Assembly: GCA_030704615.1 (NCBI GenBank)
Contig: CM060731.1
Location: 17,174,001 to 17,238,000 of the forward strand
Reading direction: 5' to 3'
Origin: Takakia lepidozioides
Lineage: Eukaryota; Plantae; Bryophyta
DNA: 64,000 bases
Shown: positions 12,020-25,200 of the stretch, in pieces
Layout of the letters: each line of letters starts with the position of its first letter
How positions within the stretch are numbered: the stretch's first letter is position 1
Translations under genes and position numbers: made by a program
Notes under the pieces: generated by a model
Told to the model about the DNA's origin: nothing
Databases searched by the model: none
What the model saw: only the letters and a program-made list of their open reading frames with translations

Positions 12020-13535
12020 AGTTAGCCACGCCAGCTTAGGGTTGTGTGTCTCTTGGACTCTAGGCTTCTTCCCACCGAGCTATGGCGGCTGTGAGAGAAA
12101 TCAGCAAGGTATTCTTGCTCTTTTGGCTCCCACACACCACCATAGTAGCCATAAGCCATGAGGTGGTTGCCACAAACCAAGCCTTATTTCGACTTAGCCT
12201 TCCCCAAACACGTCACAAACTCAATGGCAAACAACCAAGCCCTTGCTGGTTCCCAGCCCTTGTGAGCACTCATTCAAGCACTCTCCTTGGCCATAGCATC
12301 TGTCTTAGAGACTATTCCAGCCCCATACACTGCTGTTTCAAGGGAGTTGCCTCCTTCAAGCTTGAAGTTGAAACCCAACTCACAGATGCCATACAAGTGC
12401 TTTTCTTTCACTCCAAGTGGAACCAGCCCTAGACCTTCCGTTCTAGCTCTCTAAAGCTTGAAAACAAGAGCCTCAATGGGCTGAGGCATGCTCCACACAT
12501 GCCCACTCTCACCATAAGGGAATCAGCTCCTTTGCTTCATTTCTTGCACCCACAAACCTGAAAATACAAGCTTCAGGCAGGCTGAAAAGCATGCTCACAT
12601 GCCCTACAGGGAAACCAGCCCCTTCCTTCTTTCTTGCACTCCCACACTGAAAGTTGCAGCCTTCACCAGGCTGATAGCATGCTCCACACATGCATTGCCC
12701 CTCACATAAGGGAAGTCAGCCCTTCCCCGTCATTGCGTGCCCTCCAAGCTTGAAGATAGAAGCTTCAATGAGCTGATACAGCTCCCACATGCAACCTCTT
12801 CACAAGAGGAATCAGCCCCCTATCTTGGCTCCTGGGCTCCTTGATGCTCTCTAAGAAAGACTAAGCACTCCACAGCCTTGCAAGCTCCTGAAACCATAAG
12901 CTTACATTCCAGTCACAAAGACACTTCTCTTGTGGTGCAAAGAGCTCTTCTTCCAAGCTCTGAAAACCCTAGGACACATTCCATGGCCTCGCGCACCTCT
13001 TAGCTCCTGTTCCAGCCCTGCTCTTGCCATGACAAAAGCACTCTCAATGCTGAAGCTCGAGATTGAAACCCAATCTCACCATACTCCACAAAGTGCACTG
13101 CAGCATGGTGCTTTCATCTCTGAAGCTGAAGATCGAATGCCAAGGTCTACCACCTCGTAACCATCGCCTCCGCGTCTAACAACAAAGAGCTCCACGCTCC
13201 TTGCATAACAAACTTGGTTTCTCTCATTCTCAAGCAAAAACCACAAGTGCTACAACTAAATAGTATCTGGCACTCACAGATACGAGCTGATCTTTCTCGA
13301 GTGATAAATAAGAAGAATACAAGCCGAGCTCACAAATCTGAAGCATAAACTCATGCATATATAAACCTCATCACTCAAAATACAAGTAAAGCCAAGTGCA
13401 CCCCACGCCATGGGGAATCCACACTACGGCGCCATCGCTAGGCGCGGTGAGGCTCAACCGAGAAAGATGAGCTCCCGCGGTGCCGTGAAGATAAACACTC
13501 CAGGGCCTAAATCTGCCTTGACCCCTGGATTGACA
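12020..13535. mobile_element. Putative LTR / non-coding part of an LTR retrotransposon
   Basis: Strand-biased C/A-rich non-coding sequence with internal tandem repeats. It ends in ...GATTGACA at 13535, after which composition changes. The other end is probably lost in the gap. Confidence 0.35.
12480..12830. repeat. Four diverged tandem repeats of about 90-100 bp
   Basis: Core gctga..gcatgctc(ca)cacatgc...aggga(a)tcagccc recurs at about 12481, 12581, 12670 and 12772. Confidence 0.75.
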
Positions 13536-14073
13536 CTTGGGCAATCCCAAATATCAATATGTAAAGCTAGCTATTTCCTAGCTAGTTTCACACTAGTGGT
13601 AAAATAACTTGACAGAGGTTTACAACTCCAATGGGATGAGCATGGATTTTAAAGTATATTTGATGCAAGACATTGTTTAAAGGAGTTGTTCAAACTAATT
13701 CTGCTGCTAGTCTCGCATGTAATCCCTGCCATCAGGACTGAAGTTTGACAATCTATGTCCAGTATAATAATGCCATGAAGACTGATAAAATGATCAAATC
13801 GGTGGAAAATGGAAAATAGTTCATCGCCTACTTAATAGATCTATCCTTTTGTGTAATTGTCTCATAGAACAGCAAAGTTGTCAGTGGATGTGAATAGCTT
13901 TTAAAAGCAATGGGAAATGTCCAATCTATTGCAAGCCTGTTGAAAAGAGCATCCAAACATTGTGATGGGAAAATTCACATTACGTGAGATCACGGAAAAA
14001 CAGTTGTCATAGTGACCATCGCCTGCTGCAGTTAAGGAAAAATGGTTTTATTGATAATGCACAAGGTAGCACT

Positions 14074-17000
14074 TCATGATATGGACTCTAACAAATCAAC
14101 AACATATTCATAGACAACAAATGTGACAGCAGCCGCCGGTGCTGCTTTAACAACAGAGGGCAGTGTGCCCTTATAAAGCCCAGCCCACCCCCACGCTTAT
14201 GATTCGCTGAATTGCATCCCAAATGTTCCTATAAGCTTTCTCTTCTACCCTAGCTCCATAGCGTGGATGCCGAGCTAAACCTTCAACCTGTAGCCATGCA
14301 CCATCTCCTCACTGTTATCCGGACTTGGGAATTTGTGAACAATCCTGTTTAGGGACATTTCACCCGTCAGACTAGTGATTTGGATCTGGAACTCATCTCC
14401 AACAGGTTCAACCAAGGAGGCTACCAGCCCTACTAGAAAATGCTCATCCAAGACCGTATTTGGCTGGTCCATGGGTCCTACAGATTGATGTGGCACGAAC
14501 TACAGGAAAACCCAGAGTAATACAAAGCCCAAAGACAACAGTAGTTGAGAACATAAACATACTACGACAATACAGACCTGAAATCGCTTTTTGACCACAT
14601 TCAGTGGATGGCAACAAAGCTTCGCAAATGTGCCAGCCCCCAGCCCACATAGGAAGAGTTGCATGCCTGACAACTCTCCACCTCCACCACCACTCCTCAT
14701 CTGATTATAAGCCTGACATTCACAAAGTTGAGATACAGTTAGGGATCACCGGCAAAGTCTATTGCAGTAAGCTTGCCTTCTGACCTTATAAAATGAAAAG
14801 AAATCATAATTGGCATCACCTACAAACAGAAAACAGACAGCACACAGAGTGTACCAACACATATAAGACATACAATAGTCCAGCGTTTCAAAGTGTCGTA
14901 GGAGCCAAATTGGAGGCCTGCATATGGCACAATTTCTATGAGTGAAGGTGTAAGGCCAGCGTACAATCCTGCAAACCCTTTGGACCGGACAATCTCCACA
15001 AGAGCCGATCTCAAGTTTGGATATACCTGTCCCCAAATCCCCAAAGAAATGCTTCATTACATTCAGCCGGACCCTTAAACCCCAAAGTGCTCTCAGAAAT
15101 ATTATCTCACAAATCTATCCAGCTTAGGTGTGTCCCAAGTCATTGCAGAGAAGATAGCTTTCTTTCATCTCTCAATTTCAGAAACATCCAAATGCCTGAT
15201 AGAAATCGTACAATCACCACTTACACACTCTGCAAGCCGAACTTATCATTTCCTGTGTACCTCCCAATCCACCCAACTCAATTGTAAATGGAAAGTGGGC
15301 AGTAAAGGATACTACTGCAAGGAAACACACCCTTTTCCATGAAGAGGTGAGAAGCAGAGTCTGCACGGAGATTTGAGAGAGCAGTCACCTTGGGCTCTCC
15401 TTGGGATGCAAGGATGGTGCGAAGAAGGTCAAAAGGATATGACCCAATCGTGGAAGCACACCCTGCAAGTGCTCCGCCTATGTACGACATGCATGGACTC
15501 AGCTGTATATGATCCTCTGTTTCTCACCCCCCAAACATCCCATACTTATCATGTGCATCCTTATCCTACCTTGGAAAGTCACAGGGAGTTGGAGAGCTGT
15601 GTGATGGGGGTGGTCAACAGCAGCAGGCTCATACATCTACCATGTGCATAAAAACTAACAGGCGGAAGAATTTCCCTGCTTTCTGTTCGGGGGTTACAAC
15701 CACTCGAGACACTACATCTGGCACTTGTTGCTGTCACAAAAAGACACTATGAGGCCACACAACTCTTTTTAGTATACCACAGTACATGTCCAACGTGAGG
15801 GGTGCAGCAACAATGCACTGAAACATTCAACTTCAATAGAAAGAACAGTGAATTGCATTGTTAATAAAGTCTTTGGAGGGCTGGAGGAGATGCAGACCTC
15901 CCTTGGCAGAGCCTGCAGCCATAGTCTTGAATTTATGAAGAACAACAAAATGGATAGCTGTGTATGGCATCACCAGTAGCAAAGGCGGAACATTTCCACG
16001 CCAGAATCCCTGCTCCAGAGCCCCCCATTGTCCCGCCTTTTCAGCAAGATGCAATGCCTAGGTTGGGTAAACAGCACAATCACCACGCGAAGTATCTCTG
16101 GTTACCAACAGCTGCTGTTTGCTTCATTTCTAACAAGGACCACCTCGACATGTCCTCTTTCTTTCTCAACTCCCCCTCCTTCAAATTGCCTCCTTGTTTG
16201 CTGTCACTAGGTCTGCCACCAGTGCATCCAATTGTTATTGTATAGATAGGGTTCTGAGATGAGGGAAAGCTAAAGAAGATTCGCCTCAACTGAATTATTC
16301 TACTCGCAAAACAACAGTTACTACATGGTTGCAAGGCAATCCCGGCTTATACTCTTACATGCTGGCCGCAGGTGCTGTGCTGGTCACAAACTACACATAG
16401 TAGTATGGTACCAAAGGTTGAAACCTCAACTGCAATTCCACATCCAAGAAACAATATCCAGCACACAGCTGCAGCTAGTACTAGCTTGCAACCTTCTGAA
16501 AAAAGCGGGAACAATGGTGTTTGAGCATACAGGAAGTCCCTCCTCACGCAGTATGTCACGGGCAGCCTGAAAGAAGCCAGTGTACTTGGAGACTCCTTGC
16601 GTAGCAACGCCACTAGTCCAACGTGTACCCGTCGGCTCCAGCTGCACCTGTCTTTCAAAGCGCCAACCAACTGTCTCCAAGGTATTGCGTGACAGCAGAG
16701 CGCCGTGGGTTGCTACCTCAGGTATGACCCACAAAATACATAGCTCCCCTTATCGCAGATGCCTACCTAACAGCTCATCCTTACAACTTCGAGTTTCCGT
16801 TCACATTAAAAAGTAAAAGATGGCAAACGGGCTTCATCATTAACCCTACTATCTGCAAGTTGACATGGGGGATAACCACTGCTCGAGAGCACCTGAAACC
16901 ACAAAACATCTCCATGGCAATAAAGGTCTTCCTGCAGAACCAAATTGCTCTAACACAGAAGGAGACCTAAAGCTGTATTGCATCCCAAAATGGTCAATCT

Positions 17001-17329
17001 TTAGCCCGGCCATACTCGATCCAAGAATTTTCTGCTCATCGCATAAGTTGAAAGAGGGAGCCACATTACAATCCCCGCACAAGCCAACATCCCTCCACCA
17101 CACACCCATTCAAGAAAGCATGATCACACCACAACATGTAATAATTAAGGAGGTCTCTCATGCAATCAACCGATTGCCCCAGTTACAAGCAACAGGCAAA
17201 AGACAGAATTCGGACCTGAAAGCGAATCTTGATCACGTCCAATGGCGAGACTACGGTACGGGAAAACCCCCCAGCGCTTGCCCCCGCCACCGCATCCACC
17301 CACGCCCGATGCCGGTGCTCCATCACCAT
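14074..17329 (-). pseudogene. Mitochondrial thiamine diphosphate carrier (SLC25A19/TPC-like); frameshifted in its last exon (pseudogene or assembly error)
   Basis: Seven GT-AG exons encode [37 protein letters not shown]../[35 protein letters not shown]/..[46 protein letters not shown]. There is a 2-nt deficit at about 14188-14192. Confidence 0.8.
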
Positions 17330-19205
17330 CCCCTCCGCACAGCACCAAACCCTTTGCAGAGCAATACAAACCTCCCCACTTGGTGCGGCACTCGCTGTGC
17401 CCTTCCAGTCACAATCAAACCTGCATGAATCAGAGCCCATGTATTACCTTCCTGGAGGTAATACAAAATCCGACCTCCCCCACTACTCTCGGCAGACTTG
17501 GCAAAAACTCCGTCCTTTTTTTTTGTTTTTTTTGGATTAAAGGGATGAAGTCAATTTGGATTTGTCAAACTTTCCTTTTATTTTAATTTATTTTCAAAGA
17601 TAGATGAGGAGCCTATTGTCGTCCTCAAAGCCCATTGGGTCCGACTCGATTCTTCAACAGAAAGGTGGAAGCCGGTGTAAATAAGAGCTTACTACCCATA
17701 CTTAATAAGCTTCAACTCTTAAAACTCTCAGGGCACCGTCCCTGTTCCGGGAAGGAAAAAAAAAAGAAAAAAAGATAGACTCAAAAAACACAAAAAACAA
17801 CAAAAACAACAAAAAAAAAGACTATGGTCATGCGGGCTGGTCCCCCACACAGGAGAGCACCTCTTTTAGGGGAAAACACATGCACACCCACACACACACA
17901 CGTCTGTAAGGTTTTTGGTAAGAACTAAGAACATGAGTCCATCGATCCAGAAGTTTGAATTTAAGCTCTGGTTATAAACGTAACCTATTTCGGTAGGAAG
18001 GGGTTGGTCCACCGCAAACTCAATAGCATTATGGGGGGTTCTCTTCATATGGCGCGATTGAGTGGCCCAACACCTCAATCTCATTGTCTAAAGGCAAGGT
18101 GACATATTATCCTTGCTTTGTACTGAAAGGATTTGTTGAGGGTATCAATCTGACATGTTAGTATATATATAGTAAGCAAGGTAGTTTGTTTTGTTTTTGT
18201 TGTTTTGTGTGTGTAGCATTCTCCCAAACCGCAAGGCCTCTGCTAGGGGTCTGATACCGCTGAAAATCCCTCGCTGAGTCAGGGTGCATCGAGGCGGGTT
18301 CATATTTGGACCTGCCGTGTGTGAGATATCTTCAATGGTCCTTTGCACCATCGTGGCTTTGCGCATTATGGAGTCCACATCATCTCAACCAATGCAGTTT
18401 CCTTCATTCGTGAAAATCACATAATTAGAGATTGTCTATCTTTGTTGCCCCAATCAGAGCCCCATACCAAGCCGTTGGTCTGGTTGAACTAACACTCTCT
18501 TACAGGTAGTAGTCCCAAACTCTATCTATGATTAATGCATGATAATAAGCCTCGAAATGGCAAAATCACCCTGTCTCCAATGTCATGCTTAAATAGTAGT
18601 TTCACGAATGCACCGTCAAGGCATGAAAAATAAAGATCACACACAACCACGCACCCTCCTTAATCCACATTTTTACTAGCTGTGGCAAATGAAAACCCCA
18701 CTCTTCTTTCCGATTTATGGGCAAACATTAGGTACTTTACAGAGGTGGTCTTCACAAAAAAACACTGCACTGCTTCATTGCATAAGAAGCAATTTAGTGG
18801 TGTCATACGCATCCTGAATAGCCCAAGAAGTGGTCTCTACTCTCGAGACATCATGGCTTACATCAGGAAATTGAAAAGCATTTCCATTTTCCTAGAAGAT
18901 GTCACCTTAACTTGTTAGTAGAAGAAGTGCATATACCTTTGGCACCAGCTCCACGAGAGAAGCTCTTAGTCTTCTACATGCCTTTTATTTCTTTTTGTGG
19001 CTTTGTGGTTTCTTGATCACACCCTATCTTGGTCGGCACCCCGACCCTCCCTCAACCGGAGTATCTCTGCATTTAAAAAGGCAGCATACTCCGTTCCTAT
19101 GCAGTTTTTCTTTTTCAAGGAAGCGAGGACTGCTCTATCTACACTTGGTTTCTTCAGACACACCATTGAGCCCTGACAAACTTTTTTGGTCTTTTTGGTG
19201 GGTAC

Positions 19206-22200
19206 CTATGCAGGGGTTGGTTCCATCTGCCGACCAGAAGCTTCGGTATGTATTATTACTTCGCTAATGTTGTCTCCATATGGAATGATCTTAACAATCG
19301 TGGTCTGTGTCGGTTCACAGTCTTCTGGACTGACCTTAACAGGGACAGCCTCATTTTTGATAGTTTTAGATACACAACCAGCCCCTTCTTCCAAGTGTGG
19401 GAAAGATTCAGGACGGCCACCTTCCCATGCATGAACAGGTGAGTGGTGCTGCACTCTGCCATAAGGGGAAACGTGTGGACTTCTTGATCCCCTGCACCCC
19501 TGTAATGGGTTGGGATACCTACTCTGTCCCTTGTGGGATGGGAAAAGATACGGGGTCCCACCTTGTGAGGCAGGAGGAGGATGTTGATTTCGTCCTTCCT
19601 GCGGTGGGAAACAGTACTGACTCTGCCCATTTGGAGTACTTGGACTTGGATGGCTTCTTCTGCAGGGAGAGGCAATGTTCATTCCCCTTCCACCCCAGGG
19701 GAAGTGGTGCTGAATGGCTGTTGGGTGAACTTGCCTAAGAGATTGGTCAGGGACCGGCCCTTGGCTTGCAGGTCTAGTGCTGGCCCTTGCTTTCTCAACT
19801 TCCCATGATCTATCTCCAGGGGCCGTCCGCGGCCGATTCACCCTGGTCTTGGACCCTCCAGCCCCGTTGGAACTGATCTGGCCATGCACATCTGATAATG
19901 CCTGTGCCAGGTTGTTGCAAAATCCCCATACTGAGTTGAGTGTCCTCTTTCTTTCGGGACCTTGGTGCCTTCCAATGGACGCCCTGGTGGCCTCACCCTC
20001 TGATTTGGCGGGGCCCTGCTTCAATAAAGGACAAAATGTAGCATACTAAGCAATTCCACTTGAGTGAAAGTCTACCAGAAGAAAGTAGCAAACTGTCTGG
20101 TAAGGCTTATCAACTAATACTAGCAATGCTCTGCCTCCCACACATGCTCATCGATTTTATTCCTACCATGTCAAGCATGTGTGGTCCGTACATCTCTGAT
20201 CTGAAGACTTCAATACATGTCCAGAAGTTCGACTGAGTCCAGACTCCAATATAGAGTTGAATCAGGAATGGACAGTGTTGGGCAGGTGCTTTAACTTAAC
20301 ATGTGGGTCTGGGTAAGTTGGCCACTTGAAATTCAATCAGGGTCCAGGCCCGCTGATAGAATTTTTTAATTTCAAATTACCCACCAGGTCCAGGTAAAAT
20401 GCATTTTGATTTATTTCTTGGTTATATTTAAATACACAACAATGTCAGAATTTACCCTGAGGCTATGGATAAAATCAGGTTATAGTCCAATTGGATAAAA
20501 TATATTATTAAATAGTAAAAGTTCAAAACAAAATTAATATAATACAAAAATATACGCCACAACACTATAATTATGATATAATTAGATATATACTACATTA
20601 TAACCAAGATATTACAATTATGATGTCACCCTTACTTATACTGATTGCTCATACCATGGACTAGATAGGTATATTATAACCCATTGATGCAGGGTATGTA
20701 TAAATTAAGATGTACCCTAACATCAGGGTGTACATCGGGGTCCCAAAATATGCTACATCAGGTTATATATCTGGATACATATCCCTATACCCGGCGGGTA
20801 TATCCGGGTAGCAAATATACCCGCCCAACAGGTTTCTACATATATTATAAAGAACAACCTCCGCACCTTCAACCTTCCACCAGGGGATTATACAAGAGGA
20901 AGACTCTTGCCGAAGCAACCATAACTTATGGTGTCACTTCACCCCGAAGGACTACTGCCTTCTGTTTGGAAGGTGGACACTGGATACCTTCTAACGCCCA
21001 CAATCAGGCAACACCATTGATCAAGGTACGTCCCATTTTATAGCTTGGTTGGCCATAATGGGTGACATCAACATACACCTATGTGGCTTCAAACCCACGA
21101 CCACTTGTACGGCGGCCTTGTGCCCTAACCACTCGGCCATGGATTGGATGCTGGGGATGATGCACATGTACTCCACATCCGAGTCATGGCTATGCTTCTA
21201 GTGCCCAAGGAACTTCAGCAAGTGGGTCGTCCCCTTTCATATTCAGTGATAATATGCACTCCCACTATGTACGGCTACATCACCTTTCGAAGGCTACAAT
21301 ACATACGTAAAGTCCATGATGGTTGCCAAATGTCCTATAGCACATGTCCATAAGCATCTGAGTTTGGAAGGAATGTCGGAGCCAAAACAGAAATTTGCAT
21401 ACCTGGAGCTGAAGGGATTGCATCTCCTGTGTTAAGAGTGTTTGCAGCTCAATTACCTCCTGCTGCAATGATATCTGACCAACCCAGTAAAACACATGAC
21501 AACTGTTGTAACTAAGGTCATGTGATTCTGAGCTTGATGCAAATGCTGACAGGTACAAAAAACTATCCTTCCTGTAAGCGGAGCTGGGCCGACTTCAAAG
21601 AACTATGTCCCTTTAGGCAACCTCAGAGAACACAATGCTAGGTACTTAAGCTCAGATTCACTATGGGTAATGGTCTCTTGACCTGCTAGACCACATGTCC
21701 CTGCAATTGCAGGTGTTGGGTAAAGAACATAATGCAAACCATATCAGAAAAGCAGGCCTGCCTGTAAAGCTCGCAGTGCTCTTGCAGTAAATGTCATCCC
21801 ATCAGTGGCTACTGGGTCGTGTTCTTTTGAACCAGTCCGGGTAACCGCAGACACTTTACGTCCTACCCCAAGATTATGACTGAGAGTGCGCACAGGACAT
21901 CCAGATGAAAAACCAGTCACAGGCCCTCTCTGCTGGCTCGCACCAGAACCCCGCATCACTGATGAGGCCTTTCGGTCAGCCTGAATGATGCCTAGATTTC
22001 TGGGCACAGACGCATTTGGAATGTCCAATTCCACAACAGGACAAGAGGCCACCAATGCACTCTCGTTACTGTGGGCTTTGGCATGAGCGAGAGTACTGTC
22101 AATCACCAACTGATGTTTCTTAGGTTTCTGTGGTTTAGCTGGCTGACTCTCCCGCAAAGTTAGCAGCTGCCAACGAAAGAAATTTCGCTCCATCTGTCGC

Positions 22201-25200
22201 CGCTCTGCTACCCTCCGTACCCACCCTGGGAGGGCCTCCATCATTTTGTCTAATGACATCTGTCTTGAGATAGTTTTTTTCTCTAGTATGCAGGTTCGAG
22301 CGAATGCCCGCCAAGCTGATAAAATGAGAGGCACCAGCTTGCATTCCATTGACATGTAATTCGCCGCTTTTTTCACCGAGGTGGTCAAGTTTCCAAACTG
22401 CGCTGACCTCAAACGTTGAGCTAGCTTACTGGCCTTGTCTTCCTCATGGACCTGCCCACACTTGCATGAAAGAGGGAGAAATTCAACCAACCAGGTAGGA
22501 TGCAGCATGGCTTGATGGAGCCTATCTACCAACTGAAGCCACATTCAGAAGCCTCACACAAAGTTCTAAAAGCCACAGGAAGTGCTGATGTCTTTTCAGT
22601 GTTTGGGTGTAATGAACAGGAACAAGAGCTCCAATGGTGAGAGAACGAGATCTTCATTTTGGCCACATGAGGTAGCTGAAGTGCCAGGACCAGAATCAAT
22701 GCAACTCTAAAATTGGTGCAAAAGTGCAATATTCCACACACTGATGCTCCCAATGTGGAGAGGTTTTGTTTTGTCATATGTTTTGTTTTGTTTTACATGG
22801 TAAAGTGTTACCAGATGAGTGTCCTCTTTCCCTCCATTCTGTACTCCCATGCCATGCAGTCGCTTGCCCAGTAGTTCCGCCCTGGCATTACATTTCACAG
22901 CCTGCTCAGACTTCAATCAAATACTTCAGCTTCAAATGCTCATACCAGCATTGTCTCAGATCGAAGACATTTCAAATTTCAACAGCTAGAACAGCCCCTT
23001 CTATAAGTGAGTGCGCGCAATGATCATGTTGCATATCAGATTTCACATGATGAGCCAACCATGGGCTGGGCAAAACTGTGAGAATTTCCCTGAAAGACAC
23101 ATGTAAGCTACACCATATCCATACACTACAGGTTTTGCATCAGTGGCAAAAGAAAGAGAGACCTGGCAGCTGATGCAGCCCACCGCCATTTCCAAGCTGT
23201 CCAATGCTTCACTGCCTTTAAGTCCCTGTCTCTCTCAGGTAGAAATGAGGTTGAAGACGTATCCTCTAGTTGAGGCCTCACTGCTTGCTGCTCACTTACT
23301 GGCGAGAAGCATACATGCCTTTTTGGGCTCCGATTACCCTCCCCCCATGTTTGATAGTCTTCTACGACACCTTCAGCATTGCTGGACACCATTGTAAGAC
23401 CATGGGACAGGTCCTCTGATTTAGCAACTTTGGTCACCTTGCACCCATGCTGACGAACAGTTGCCCTCTTGTCAAGACCATCATAGCTCAAATGTTCTTC
23501 TCTGAAAGGAAACGAATGCCAATTTACTGAGCTTTCAAACTCTCGCATGTGCCCAGTTAGCCTCTTGAGGTGCTTCACCATTTCCAATGCCACCTCTTCA
23601 GACACCTTAGCTCGCTCTTCTGCTGTGCAATGCAACTTCAGTTGTAGCTCCTGATTGACACCAGTAACATTAACAAGCAAGCCAGCAATTGCGAACCATT
23701 GCATCCCCTCTTTCAATCAATGTCTCGAGTCTTGGTTGGAATAAATAAGAGACAAGGGGGGATGATCACGAAAAATTGCATGGTAAGGCTAAAAGTGGTC
23801 AGGACACTCTATAAATGTGCCTAGCTTGCCCACTTACTGCTGCATGTCCTAGTGGTCATCCAGCTAAATAGCTTCCCACCTTTTACTGCTCTTACTCTTC
23901 CTGCTAACTATAAGGACTGAAATTAGATGGCCACAAGGGGTACCTCTGCACGGCAGGAGGCCAAATCTGCTCGCTCCACCGCATGATGAAGCTGCAGCAT
24001 CAACTCTTCCCTCTCTCGACTCAAGCCACTGCAACGCTCTGCGAATGACGCCAAATCCATCTGCCATTGCAGACCAATACACAACCTACAATCCCTCATT
24101 TTTAAATCTTATCATAGCACTTAAGATGGTACTATGCTGTAATCGTCATCGATTGAAGTCCAAGGTTATACTCGATCAGACTAGATAGAAATTATTTACA
24201 GCACAAAAAGAAATTACACGTGCATAGAACTCCCTTGGCAAGCAAATAGATATTGGGTTGCATACCCAGACCTACACATGGCTATGGGTTGTGTGCAGAA
24301 ATTTCCTAGGTGTCACAACCAGGCCTCAAAATTTTGATTCATAACCAACTTAGATCTGCAGCTGAAAATCACCCAGCCTATGTGTGCTACTACAAGCATG
24401 CAAACTTAGTTTCTTAGATTATATTTCAGGTATATAAATCCTCGGAGGCCTTGCTAGGAAAATTGTAAAGCAAACATGCAAAGGAGAGAAGCAGAAAATT
24501 GAAAATTACACATGGCAATAAATTTGACCTCTTTTGCATACTTGGCACCATAGGCTTGTCGTAGTTGGTCCTGCAGGCTCTGAATTTCGGCATTGTGTTC
24601 AGTTTTCAGCGACTCAATGTGTTGCTGGTGCATGGTCTGCAGGTCTGCCAGTCTGGCCACTACCACCTGCAGCCTCTCCAGCTCCTCGCCCCGCATTCCA
24701 AGTTCCTGATCCCTGCGTGCCAACTAGCACCCAAAAATCTTTCCACATGACGTCACAGTAGCACTCAAAATGCTTGCCACATTATCCTGCAAAGATCCAG
24801 AAACTATGCTGGGAGCCCACCCTGACCCTACAGCCACATGCCAGACTTACATATGTCACATCATACATATGCCTATGCACAACAAGCAGACTCGTTCAAC
24901 AAGACATTCAAATATCTAGTTCGTAAGGAAAACATTCAAAGACGGGCCTTTCATTTTTACCTTGACTTGGAGAAGGTGCTAAAACCAGAGGTTTAAGAGC
25001 TGTATAAACAAAAACGCCCATGCAGAATGTCAGACAGAGAGGAGCATACAATGCAAGGATACACGTGAGATCATTCAAGGTCATCAGAGCTGCAAAGGGG
25101 GAATGGTGTAGGGGCACATCGTCACCAACTCAGACCTACTCCTCAAAGCTGACCTACTGACTTACAATGAGCAGACTGGTCTCATTGATTGGATAAAACT

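Noticed and set aside
10736-12025. Long ORFs across and after the gap (poly-X; TAPHSPSQ repeats)
   Set aside because: Artefacts of the N run and of a T-poor repeat that lacks stop codons; there is no sign of a gene.
11328-12830. CRISPR-like array
   Set aside because: Eukaryotic context, degenerate contiguous units, no unique spacers and no cas genes.
18248-18260. Reverse tRNA-iMet primer-binding site (ggtctgataccg)
   Set aside because: Two mismatches to GCTCTGATACCA and no recognisable adjacent LTR or gag.
21080-21146. Functional tRNA gene
   Set aside because: Acceptor and anticodon stems do not pair and the B-box is mutated; treated as a SINE head.
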